A program made the translations under genes and the position numbers. From Antechinus flavipes (lineage: Eukaryota): DNA of 64,000 nt. The notes beneath the pieces are model-generated. The model saw only the letters and a list, made by a program, of their open reading frames with translations. It was not told the origin of the DNA and ran no database searches. Where the stretch lies: assembly GCF_016432865.1 (NCBI RefSeq), contig NC_067398.1, positions 444,106,001 through 444,170,000 of the forward strand, written 5' to 3'. Positions 50,330 to 62,754 of this stretch are shown in pieces. The first letter of the stretch is position 1; every line of letters begins with the position of its first letter.

Positions 50330-50954
50330 TGAACAGGATTTTAGCACAGCACTAAAGTCATACTATGTGTAAAGCATTGATCCAGGTGCTGAAAGAGAAC
50401 TGCCATGGAACTTGCAATCTAGCAAAAGCTTTAGCCCCTCTGAGAAACTGTTGTAAAACACAAAACAATTCCATTTGTCTCTTTTCCTAATCTGTGTACA
50501 TTCAGCAATTCAGCCCATTAAATATTTACTAAATACCTATTTGAACTTCATGAAGGTCTAAGTAGAGATAGTTATAAATCTATGAATCTGAGATTTTATG
50601 AAAAAAGGCAAGATGTGAAAATACTTTTTTCAACTTTTGAAAATTTTTGTTTGACAAATATGTCCTATTATAACTTTATTTAGCACTTTTTCATGTCTGG
50701 GGCAAGTTACAAAAATATCTGCCCCAGGAAAGCATGCTCATAATGAAGTGAGGTGATTCCATGTTAGAACAAGGAGCTATAAGAAATGATCAGTGAAAAC
50801 AACTCATGTTTTCCAAATATTAACTAGATACCATATTCAGCTTTTTTATTCTGTTAAGTGAATATAAATTCTGCCAGTATCCTCTAAATTTTGATATCAA
50901 AATTCAATATCTTATTCCTTTCATACTAGTTATGATTCTTTGGATCACATCAAA

Positions 50955-50995
50955 ATTTTCTTTTCTTTTCTTTTCTTTTCTTTTCTTTTCTTTTC
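50955..50995. repeat. (TTTTC)n
   Basis: Direct reading. Confidence 0.95.
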
Positions 50996-51279
50996 TTTAC
51001 TCTTCCTATTTACTAAAATGGCCATTCAGTTTTAGGTATTTCCTTGGGCTGTATCAGCTCCAGGAAACTTTAGATTTGTAAATGAAAGTAACATTGAAAT
51101 TTCATTTAGGTACCTGAAATGAACTTTCAGGGGGTTTGAGGCAGTGGTACATTTCATGGCCTAGCCTACTTTATAAAAAAAAAAAATCATTGATTCATAA
51201 GATTTTACCTTCTATTCTCAAACTGTTTTTCAAAGAAATAAAGCATTTTTAAGATAAAAAATTATAGTTGTAATATGAT

Positions 51280-51440
51280 ATCTTATTCCCATTTTTTAAA
51301 GACAAAGGAACTGAGACTTGGGAGATGAAGAAATTTGTGAAGAGATTTGCTCTCCACCACACAGTTAGTGAATATGTGAGGGAGGATTTGATCCCACATC
51401 ACCTAATTCCTGAGTCCAGCACTCTATCTCATACACCAAA
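51280..51440 (-). mobile_element. MIR
   Basis: tattcccattttttaaagacaaaggaactgagacttgggaga...ctgagtccagcactctatc. Confidence 0.65.
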
Positions 51441-52604
51441 CAAAAATAGTCTCTTTAATAATTCAGACAATTCAGACAAAATATCATTTGATTTGTTCCA
51501 TAAAATAAAAGCTTACTGAAGCACCCCATTGAATTGCTATGTGAAATTGACCTTGGACAGATAACCTTTTCTGAGCTTTGGTGACTATCTGAAATTCAAT
51601 CATTTTTGGTCCTGCTTGTGTATAACCACTAGGAAATATGAAGTCTGTGCTTATGGTTGTGAAATCATACTTCATATTTCCAGGATATGGTGAGTTGTGC
51701 AGTCAGCATCCGTAGCATTATTCCACTTCTTTTTTTTCCCCAAAGGAGCACACTGTTACAGCTGCCCCTGCAGCAGATTCAGAAATTGGCCAGTCCATTA
51801 TGTAGAGGCGCTAGGCTCTGCAGGCTTGCCACCTCTCACTCACACAGCTGCATCCCTCTCAACCTTAGCTTTGTGTACTCCTGACTGTACTACTGGAATC
51901 ATAGAATTTCAGTGCTAGAAGGGTCCTTTAGATATTATCCAGTCCAACCCCCTCATTTTACAGGTGAGGACACTCCACAAGCACCTTCCCTTCATCCCTC
52001 AACTGTGTCTTCAGATGTGGCAAGAATGGAAGCAGCAGAGTCTCAGGGTGGGGGCGAGGAGACGGGTAGGTCAAACCGATGATTACTTCTTTTTCTTCTT
52101 ATTAGTCACCTTTGGATTACCTTCCCAAATTCCTGCACTTTTTTTTTAGGGAAAAAAACATCCCTCCAAGAAAAAAAAAAGCTAGCATTTAAACATCCCC
52201 TTTAGGATGTGATATACAGCAATGATTTAAATACAATGGCAAGAAATGCCCTTTTAGAAAACATCCACAAGACATATAAAGCATACTAAAAAAGGTTCTA
52301 AATATTAAAGATAGTTCATGATATATACAATGTCTGACTAATCATCACATTGATGCATATTTCTCCATAGACTTTCATGTACTATTTATGTGAACTGCAA
52401 ACAGAACCGACACACTAAGTAATTAGTGTGATCTAGTGGAAGAAGAGGCTGGATATGGAGTTGTGGAACCTGGATTTAGATACTGATTGGTTCCTATTAT
52501 ATGATGCTGAATAGATCACTTAACTCTCTGGGTTTCAGTTTCCATTCCTATCAAATGGAGATGAGGCAACTTATACTAAATTGTAGTTATAGGAACATAG
52601 ATTT

Positions 52605-52835
52605 TTAAGTGGTAGAGCAGATAGAATGCTGGCCCTGGAGTCAGAAGGACTTGAATTCAAATCCAGCCTCAGATACTTACCTGCTGTGTGACCCTGGCCA
52701 AGTCACTCAACCTTGACTGTTTGCTTTAGTACCTCATTTGTAAAATGAGCTGGAGAAAGAATGACAATGTATATCAGTATCTTTGCCAAGAAAAGTCTAA
52801 ATGGATTCATGGATGTGACTGAAATGACTAAACTA
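52605..52835 (+). mobile_element. MAR1-type SINE
   Basis: gaatgctggccctggagtcagaaggacttgaattcaaatccagcctcaga...gagctggagaaagaatg...gtatctttgccaagaaaa. Confidence 0.85.
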
Positions 52836-52929
52836 CTGAAATAGCTGAGGAAATATGGTCAACATTTTTGGCAATACTTTACAATTAAATAAAAAAAAAA
52901 ACTTAGTGACAATTTTTCTTTCTTTCCAA

Positions 52930-53100
52930 ATGGGAGCATAGTTGATAGAACCAGTGTTTTGGAGTCCAGAGTGCTCCCTCTGACAATTACTACTTGTGTG
53001 TTCTTAGATAAGCCACTTAATTTCTTTGGGCCATAGTTTCCTCATTTGTGAAATGAAGTGACCCCTCAAGTCCCTTCCAGCTCTTGATCTATGATCCCAA
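52930..53100 (+). mobile_element. MIR3-like SINE
   Basis: gtttcctcatttgtgaaatg...gtcccttccagctcttgatctatgatcc. Confidence 0.65.
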
Positions 53101-55019
53101 GACTTGCATATGGCTTACATTAGTCAGAAAATATTTTCTGTGAATGGACAAATGATGGCCCTGAAAAGCTGGGCCTCCTATTTAGATTTTTAATTACCTG
53201 CTAGAAACCAGTGATCTCTGTTATATTCATCTGAATCCAGTGCTTCAACAAGTTAGAGATTTCTTTGATATGATTATCTGGATGCTCCTAAGTTGCTGTG
53301 AAACTAACTACCTGCTGGCTCACCTTCTGTTTAGATTCAAATCAAAACAAATTCAAAACTATTTTAAAATCCTATTGTTAGCTCAAGCGGAGATGCATAT
53401 ATAGGTAGGTTTATTATTTCAGACATTTGTTTTTATTTACTCCTGTGCCATCTGTCAGAAATGAAAAACAACATACGGATGGATTTTTTGTGTTTATCTA
53501 CATATTTCTAAATCAATATGCTCCCAAACAGTGCTGCCAATTCCTGAAATATTTTGTATTGTTGGTATTGGATTTACCTCTTGAATTGGCATGAAAAGCA
53601 CTTGAACATGTAATGAGAGTGTAGTCATTAGGCATGCAGGAGCTCTCTCATGTGTACTAACTCTAATAAGGATAGAACACAGGGGTAATTTCTATTTTCT
53701 ATCATTGAAATCATTAGAAACCTTAAATAACCAGAATTTAATTTTCTAACAAAAATAATTGACTTTCAGATGAATCTTGAGGCCATAATAAGATCCCCAA
53801 GTGCCTATTGAAGAATCAGAGATTAAATTATATCCAGTATAGTTTAAGTATCTGACCATTTTCCATATTCGAGTTCTTTGACAATTGGTCATCCATATTC
53901 AAAATATCCACTACATTCTTACCCCTGTAGCATTTCTTGTTCCTCCCCTGTTCTTCAGCCTATCTGGAGAGGTAATTCTTCATTATTCTGCTTTTCCAAG
54001 GGTATTTATTATTGCCAGTTTGGTCCTTACTGGTATTTGGGGATAGATCTCTGACTTTGTTTTATTAAAATGACCTAATTTGTCATATTTTAACCCAAGA
54101 TACATATATCTACAATACATATTTGTATATTTTCATATACTTGTGTGTATGAAGCATGACCTAATAGTTGAATTAGTCTCTACAGTTTGTATAGAGCAAT
54201 GACTAAGCATAAACACAATTGGCTTTCTGATATAAGGAAATTATAAGTAAAGTGGAGATTAGAATTTAGCTTTTAATGAGTTGTAGAAGAAATTCTTTAG
54301 CTTTCTTCTATCAGGCCATTACCCTTCAAATAGCTTCATTACTCATCTACCCTCCCACCCAAATTCATGAAGTATCCAAACTTGTTGAATTTAGCTATCA
54401 TCATAATTGTTTTATTTTATTTGTTTGTGTTTTACTTGTGTTTTCTTCAAGTCAGCTTTAAATATATGGCGAGAGGGAAGACATTTATTCCTGTGGGTCA
54501 CAAAGTAATAACTGCAGTTGTTCTCTGAATCTCTTAAGACCACGTGTTAATCCTTAGTCCAGGTAATTATCCCAAATGGTAATTCAAGAAAATTTAAAAA
54601 GAAATAAAACATCACATGCCATTTAATTAATTCAACAGACATTTACCAAGTGCCTACTATGTGCAGGGTTCTTAAGATAATTGAACTCAGACCTTGGGTG
54701 ATCTCCAAAATTTGTTTTAAAAAATAGCTTTAGTTATAACCTCTATCACTACTTTGGGCATTTTAAAATGTTTCAGTAAAAATAACTTTTCAATTATTTT
54801 CACAGTGCTAAATAAAAATTCCTTCAATGATATGAAATTATTCTATTTTTATATTTTAGAACAAGAGCTGTCTATACAAATTTGTAATCTTATACAGTTT
54901 ATGCTAATTTTACCATAAGTTTCGTGGGTATATTGGGAGCTTGTTAATAATTAAAAAATTTTACTTCTTCAACTCACAAATAAGTATTACAGTAAATACT
55001 TGCAATCTTTATCTGACAT

Positions 55020-55191
55020 NNNNNNNNNNNNNNNNNNNNNNNNNNNNNNNNNNNNNNNNNNNNNNNNNNNNNNNNNNNNNNNNNNNNNNNNNNNNNNNNN
55101 NNNNNNNNNNNNNNNNNNNNNNNNNNNNNNNNNNNNNNNNNNNNNNNNNNNNNNNNNNNNNNNNNNNNNNNNNNNNNNNNNNNNNNNNNNN
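55020..55191. other. Assembly gap (172 N)
   Basis: Direct reading. Confidence 1.
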
Positions 55192-57309
55192 CAAAAAACA
55201 TCAATCATAGCGAGGCTTTACATTTTTACTAGTGCATATAGGCACACTAATATTTCAAAGTAGAAAATTATGAATATTTTGCTCTGGCTCAGGAATGACC
55301 ATGAAGCTACAAAGACAAATTTGATCAAGGTATAACAAAGACAGGAACTGGTTTTTCTTCATTTGTTTTCATTTTAGTCAAGAAATCAGTGACAGTTCAC
55401 CAAGATCTTTTTTATTAATGATGAATCAAGCTGAAGTAATAATTAATGGGAAATCTATAGCTAATCTTACAGGAAAAATAACTAGGCATGCAATGATGCT
55501 TAAGTCTGGCGTGACAGAACTCCATGCAGCTATCCCTTGGCTACATGCCTTGCAAGCCGAGTGATCATCCGGGGCAGGACTCCACTAATGCACTTTAAGA
55601 CACAAGTGAGGAAACTGACCCTCCCCCACACCTAAGAGTGGAGTGTGCAATATGTCAGGAATGTTAGTCATTTCCCAATGCCCCTCTCAGATCAGTCACT
55701 TCCCAAGAACAGGTAACTGTTATAGTATAAACTATTAAAAAACCTTTGCCAGCCTCAAATGCCTATATAAGATGAAGTGTCTTGAAATGAAAGCAGAATC
55801 AAAGTCTGAATTGAATAAAGGAAGGAAAGGCAACACACAAAATTAATAAATTAACAGATTCAAACAATCAGCATTGTCGTTTACTTACTTTCCATCTCAT
55901 TCACTTACTCATTAGGAAGTTCTGCTAAATCTCTGCCTCACATAGACAGCATTTCTATTGCACTGTTGATCTGTGATTAAATGTTCTAATAAAATTAACT
56001 GGCTTTGCTACAAACAGAACATCTGGAGCGATGTTTAATTTCATGTCAAACATATACAGGAAACACCTGTCTAGGTGAAGTAATTTTTTTTAAAATGACA
56101 TTAATCCATCTGTTGTGGAAATGTATGTCACAGTTGTCACATTAAAAAGTAATACCAACAAATAGAAACCCTAAATTACTTGGAAAGTAAGCCTTCTAAA
56201 ATTAACAAAAAAAATTGTTTATCTGAATGTTATTGTACGTGTCTTATTTCATTCTGAATGAGGGGCCCTCTTCTTTAGACTCTGAGCAAGTTTCAATTAC
56301 TACACTGTAAAACTTCCAGATGTGAAATTAGTCTACATAATTAGGTGATTAAAATCGCTGATGTGGCCCATTGTCTAAGCACCTGTGCCCAAATAAGACT
56401 ATAATAACCAACACCACCCATTGTTTTCTTAACAAGATAGAATCTGTATGAAGGTATAAAAAATAATAATGACATCAAAATTCTGTTTCAGATTAGAATC
56501 TTCACCAGTGTGTTAAAATTAGCCCTGGATGTGGATGTGAGCTGGAAAGAGCATTCATAACCCAAGAACTGTCATACAAACCCAGCTGGACAGTGTTGTG
56601 GGCTGCTCTGTTATTGTTCAGCAGCCCCATCCTCTGCTTCCAGCTGAGCAGGATGCTACAGGCATCCTCTAAGGCTGCAGAGGAAAGGAAGCTCTCGCTT
56701 TGCTGCTGCAGCTCCCAGGGGGGATAAAAGGGGAGAGCAATTCTCCCTGTCTTCTGTAAACCAGTGGAGGGTTTCCCTATGTGGGCTTAAGATGACCTAC
56801 TCCTGATCCAGAGGTCAGAAAATTGGGCTTACTGTCATTATTTAGCACATTGTAAAGATAGCTGACAATCCTTTTCATAACAATTTTGTGAAGTAGGTTT
56901 TTACCGATATCCCAGTTTTACAAATGAGGTAACTGAAAAACACAGAGGTTAAGTGCCTTGACCAGAGTCCTAGAAGATGGGCTAAGGCTTTCAGAGGAAA
57001 CAGATTTATTTTTCATCAAGAGTCCTGCAGATCAACAAGTAATTACAAGTAGGGCTTCTTCTGTAGGCTGTCTGATAACAGTTTGGAAATTACTTGTTAT
57101 ATTCATGGCATTCAACAAAGCATTGTATAATGTTCAAGGCCCTGGGAATAAGGAATGAGGGGTAAAAAGACAAAAAATGAAGCTGCTGCTACCTTCAAAG
57201 GGTGTGCAGTCTAATATTACCAAAAAAGAGGATGTATTAAAGGATGACTTTCTAAAAATCCACCCATGAATTTTAAAAAAAAAATATATAGGATACAAAT
57301 ATGTGGTGA

Positions 57310-57560
57310 TTTTGTTAATATAGTACTGGACTTGGGATCAGGAAGACCTGAATTCAAATCCAATTTAGATACTGACTGGTTGTGTGACTTTAGGCAAATC
57401 ACTTCTATTAGCCTCAGTATCCTCTGTAAAATGAGCATAATAACAGCATCTACATTCCCAAGGTTTTTGAAGGGATCAAATGAGAAATTTGTAAAGTGCT
57501 TAGCATAGTGACTGGTTAAAATTGAAGGTGCTGTATAAATGTTAAATGTTTATTATTGTT
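57310..57560 (+). mobile_element. MIR
   Basis: ggacttgggatcaggaagacctgaattcaaatcc...cctcagtatcctctgtaaaatgag...gtgctgtataaatgtt. Confidence 0.78.
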
Positions 57561-58858
57561 ATTATTAATAATAGCAATATTAGTAGTGGATATAGCATAT
57601 ATTGAAAAAATCCTAATGTTCACCTAAGCCTTTAATTTTGATTGATGTGTTCACTAAATGTCATTAAAATTATTTATTTTCTAAATACACAACTGATTTT
57701 TTTGTTTCCTCTTCTTTCTATTCCTTCTTTTTTTTTTTTTTTTTGCTTTAATCTTAGCAAAGATCAGCATTCACAAACATTTCAATACACAAAGATTAAC
57801 AGAAAAGAGTATTGTAGATAACTTTCAATTTCTTCTGGTGGATAATTCAACCAGCAGGGGATTACAAAAAAGCTGATAGAAATAATAAGCCAGATAACTG
57901 AAGGATGTACTAAGTCCACAAATTGGCCAGCCAATCTCTCACCAGTTGAAAGCAGGCTGCAGTTTGATTGCTCAAATAGAAATACCTGAACTATTAGAAG
58001 ATGATTCCAGGATGATATTTATGGCTTTTCACACTGAGCTGCCTCTCCTGTTTTGCCTTTTTTCTCTTCACTCAATTATTCAATTTAGTTTTAAGTCAAG
58101 ACTTTCTAAGAATTTACTATTCAAATGACCCTATGTTTGGATCTGGGAGTAAAAAGATATAATCCCTGACCTCAAGAGTCATAGTGATAGTATGCAGCCT
58201 AGTATTTGACATTTTCCCAGAGGATCTCAAGGACATCACTTAGAGATATCCCTGATAAATCCTCCAGAAATTTCTCAGCCTAGAAAAGAACTAAAGTTTC
58301 AGAATTCAGATCTTAGAAATACTTTCTGGCCTTTTGATCTCTCTCTTTAATTATATAGCTCCTCCCAGAATCTCCACTTATAGAAAGTAGGTTGTACTGC
58401 CTTCTTCCTTTCTTAGCAGGGTGCATTCTACATTTCTCTATTATATTCTCGTATTGAGTGCTTTCATCTCTTTAACCCTCTTTAAGCTTCCTGTTTAGGT
58501 ATCTGCTTCCTTTACAATGACTGTTTTTTGTTTTTATTTGTATTTCAGTGCTTATTTCATTGCTGACATATAGTAAGCACTTAAAAATACTGACTGATTG
58601 AAATGGAGAGAAAAAAGATAATATTAATGTAACAGCAAACAATGAGGAAATATTTGTGATGGATTAGTTTGTTCAGCATAGTTTGAAAGACTCAAGGAGA
58701 GCAATTGCATTTGAGTGGGAGGAACTAGATAGTAGTTGAATGTTAAGGGAAAAAATTACTCTCTTGATTTTCATTCAGTTTTTCCTCTTCCAAAATATCT
58801 ATTTTGATACCTCACTCTTATATGGAGGTAACCCTTGTTTTAAAAGTTATGACAGAGA

Positions 58859-60372
58859 TAGAGCTAAGATAGTGAAGTACAGGCAGCAACCCAGCCAAAC
58901 TCTCCCAATAGTCTCCAAAAAACTTTAAAATAACTTCTCAAATCAAATTTTAGATCAGCAGAGTCAAGAAAAGGTCAGAGTAAGACATTTTTCAAATCTG
59001 ACAACTTGAGGTCAGTAGAAGAGGTGTATTAAAATAAGGTAAGAGTTTTTCAGAAGAGCAATAGGAGCATCATCAGTGAATCTTGGAAATGGTCAAGAAG
59101 ACAGCTGCCGCAGCAGCAGCTTTGAGAGTTCTCAGCCCAGAAACTGAAAGTCAGGAGATGTTTTTGGTGGCACTGGATGCATCTGGCACTGAATGGCAAC
59201 TCTACTTGTTCATGCATAGTTCTGGGTTTCAATTTTAGGGCAAAGAACGGTTCTTGTGATTGGTCACAAAGGAGCAGGGGCCCTAGTCATGATTTTTAGT
59301 TAAATAGGAGAGCTAGTACTTGGGGCTGCATGGGGAGAGGGGTGAAGAAGTTTCCTGGGTAAAGAGCAGAGCACAGACTAGAAGAGCAGCTATTATGCCT
59401 CTCTATGGATCACACTATCTTGGAAGCTCTGAAAAACTGCAGATACTCAGATCTGAAAAAAAGTCAAAAATTAGGTTGAAAAAATGAAAAGGCAACAACA
59501 ACAAAAGAAATTGATTATAAAAAGCTAGTATAGTGGCAGGGAAAACAAAGAAAGGAATTCAGAAAAAGATAATAATGCGGGGTGGGGGGTGAGATGGAGA
59601 GTTGTGTGTGGGGGGGTGGCTACAAAGTTTGAAAGAAAAATGCTAATTTGACCTAAGTCCAACAAGATTTCCTAAAAGTTAAAAAAAGAGATGCATGATA
59701 GAGGAAAAATTGGGGAAAGAAATGAGAGTGATGACAGTAAATTGTGAAAAGTAAATTAATAGGTTGGTAAATAAGGCATAAAATACTCAAGAAAATAATA
59801 TAATTGACCTAATAGTGAAAGAAGCACAAAAATTCATTGAAAAAGCTCCTTGTAAAACAGAATTGCCCAAATGGAAAGAGTTATAACAGCTCACTGAAGA
59901 AAATAATTCTTTAAAAATTAGAACTGGACAAGTTGAAGCTGATGACATCATGAGACTTTAAGAAACAAACAAAGTCAAAAGAATGAAAAAAGAAGAAAAT
60001 ATTAAATATCTCATTGCAAAAACAACTGATCTGAAAACAGATCAAAGGCAGAAAATGTAAGACTTATTGGACTACTTAAAAGCCATGATAAAAAATAGAC
60101 TAGACATTATATTTTTGAAAATTATCAAAGAAATTGTCTCAATATTATAGTAAAGTTCCAGAGCTTTCAGATCGAGGAGAAAATATTGTAATTATGCAGA
60201 AAGAAATGATTTTAATGTTATGGAGACACAAGTAAGAACACATAAGATTTAGCAGCTTCCATGTTAAAGGAGCAAAGGACTGGAATATGATATTCTGGAA
60301 GACAAAAGATATAAGATTACACTCAAGAGCTACCTATCCAGAAAAACTGAATACAATATTTAAGGAGAAAAA
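58859..60372 (+). mobile_element. L1/HAL1-like 5' fragment (5' UTR plus decayed ORF1)
   Basis: Start gagctaagatagtgaagt resembles ggagccaagatggcggagt. ORF1 remnants (attaaatatctcattgcaaaaacaactgatctgaaaac). No ORF2. Confidence 0.8.
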
Positions 60373-60379
60373 TAATGTG

Positions 60380-60680
60380 TATCTTTAGCTTCCTTTTGAA
60401 CTCAGCTTAAATGCTACCATTGCATTGGACCATTTGCTACTGCCTTCCCACTCTTGATCCCCACCCTGGAAATTACTTTGCATTTACTTCAATATTTTCT
60501 ATCTCTTGAAATACATATATATATACATATATATATAATATTTTGTTATTTGGAAGATCATTTGAATCTAAAATCATTGAGGACAGGGATAATTTCATAT
60601 CTGCCTTTGTGTTAGAGTCTCTAACACCCAGTACAATTCCTAGAACATAGATTATTTAATCAATGCTTGTCACTTGATTG
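60380..60680 (+). mobile_element. L2 3' end
   Basis: aaaatcattgaggacagggataatttc...cccagtacaattcctagaacatag...attgattgattga. Confidence 0.6.
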
Positions 60681-61169
60681 ATTGAGAAATCAAATGGAAG
60701 AACAATTTTTGTTATAATTTTGCCACATGATTCAGTACAAATTTTAAATATATTTTTCAAATGTATTTTTTGTAGGGAGAAAAGAAAGTTGGGCTTTTAA
60801 CTTCAAGGTATTCAGTTGACAAGAATTTACTCTTTTCTGGAGGGTAAAGCAATTCCAAATAAAATCAATTGTCTTTATTGAGGATATGCCATATGAGGCT
60901 ATGTCTTTATCGAGGATATGATTTCCAAGGTAGTACTTATTGGGTCATTGATTGCTAGACTGGTTTAGGGATTTCCTAAGGGATTTCTAATTATTTCAGT
61001 GATAATACTTATGAAGCAATTAAGAATTTCTAACTGCAAATTAATAATTCATTTTAATTTCAAAAAATGAATAAAGTTTTTTAGAAGAAACTGAAAAGTC
61101 AAATACATCAGAAATATTCAGTTCCATATTTTTTCACAGTAATTTGGATGAAGACTTAAATGATGTATG

Positions 61170-61470
61170 TATTAGATAAGCAAATTATATAGACCCAGAA
61201 GTGATTACTACATAAACAGATAACAGAATTAGGCCCTAAAAATTCTTTACAGACTGTCTAGTGGGTTGAACCTAACCAGATTAAATTTAATGTAAGAAAA
61301 TGAGAACTTCTGCTTGTGTGTTTAAAAATTTCAACAGCACAATTAAAGGGTGTGAAAGCTACAATTACAGAATAGTCTAGGGGTGGAGGAGAAGATGTGA
61401 AAATTTTAATGGAATCACCATAAATCAGAAGCAGAATTTATGGGGGTAGTGTTGACTTGAAATAAAATTA
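61170..61470 (+). mobile_element. CR1/L3 fragment
   Basis: agactgtctagtgggttgaacctaaccagattaaatttaatgtaagaaaatg. Confidence 0.5.
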
Positions 61471-61479
61471 GCAGACTTT

Positions 61480-61700
61480 GAGAAGCAGTATGGTATTTAA
61501 AGAATATTAATATTAAAATCAAAAGACCTGGCTCTGATACTTACTGGATTTGTGATCCTCAATATGTCACTCAACATTTTTGAGCCTAAATTTCCTTATC
61601 TCTTAAGAGGAAGTAAGAAGATTTGTATCATAAACATTGTAAAACTCAAATTTGAGTTAATAGTGCTTTAACAAGATTTTAAAAGAGGAATATGCTATAA
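61480..61700 (+). mobile_element. MIR
   Basis: aatcaaaagacctggctctgatacttactgg...gagcctaaatttccttatct. Confidence 0.6.
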
Positions 61701-61995
61701 GTCCAACCTACTGGTCCCTTTCTGCCATTGTTGAGTTCTTTCTGGTGTTTACATTTTGGAAAGATGTCCAGGCCTGTCTTCCTTCATTCTTCTGCTTCTG
61801 AATTTCTTGCCTTTGTCACCATGCTCCTGAAAAGGTGTTCTCATTATCCTGGTACGTTCAGCTCCTTATGTATGTTGTTATCGTCCCCCAAGCTTCATCA
61901 GGGCAGGAAACAGAGAGTATCATTTTTCTCACCTTTATATCTTCAGCACTTAGCACAATGCCTCTCACATAGTAAACACTATGTAATTGTTAGCT
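61700..61995 (+). mobile_element. L2 3' end
   Basis: cagcacttagcacaatgcctctcacatagtaaacact. Confidence 0.65.
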
Positions 61996-62119
61996 ATTAT
62001 TATTATTAATTATTGTATTATAATTCTCATTAAATTAAATGCAGTTATCTTCATGGCTCTGAGGTTCATTTGTAGTATTACAAGGATAATAATACCAATT
62101 GTAATAAAAATGTAGATAA

Positions 62120-62365
62120 ACTGTTAGACTTTATATAGTGTGTTAAGATTTTCAATGTGTTTTACATATGTTTTTTCACTTGACCCTCACAACAATCTTA
62201 TCAGGTAGGTGCCATTATTACTCTCACTTTATAGATGAAGAAATTGAGGCACAGAGATGTTAAGAGACTTTCCTAAGGCCAGATGACTATTCAATATTTG
62301 AGATAAAGTTTGAATTCAGATTTTCTTGATTCCAACTCCAACACCTTCTGCAATAACCCAGCTGC
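62120..62365 (-). mobile_element. MIR
   Basis: cctcacaacaatcttatcaggtaggtgccattatt...ttatagatgaagaaattgaggcacagaga. Confidence 0.78.
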
Positions 62366-62447
62366 CTTGTGGGATTCTGACATTACCATGATACACTAGT
62401 GTTTAATTTGTTCTTAGTGTGTCTCTTAGTTTCTTCTCTGTTTTCAG

Positions 62448-62583
62448 CCAATGATATTCAGATGGATACAATGATGTCAATCTTCTAAACTTTTAAAGTT
62501 CCTTTTCTTTGGACTCCAATGATATTCAGATGGATACAATGATGTCAATCTTCTAAACTTTTAAAGTTCCTTTTCTTTGGACT
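62448..62583. repeat. Perfect 68-bp tandem duplication
   Basis: ccaatgatattcagatggatacaatgatgtcaatcttctaaacttttaaagttccttttctttggact at 62448-62515 and 62516-62583. Confidence 0.97.
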
Positions 62584-62754
62584 CAAATTGCTCCTAAGCC
62601 TGAAAGTTCTCAAAACTTGGCTACTTCACTGATGGAATGAGAGAATTCCTAAAAATTTTGGTGTTTCTTCATCCAGTGGATGTGATTCATTCTTTTCAAC
62701 CAATCACAAAACATTTCCTGCTTGGGGTCATTTGCATTTATCTAATGATTATAT

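Noticed and set aside
54941-55263. ORFs spanning the second gap
   Set aside because: Length comes from N bases
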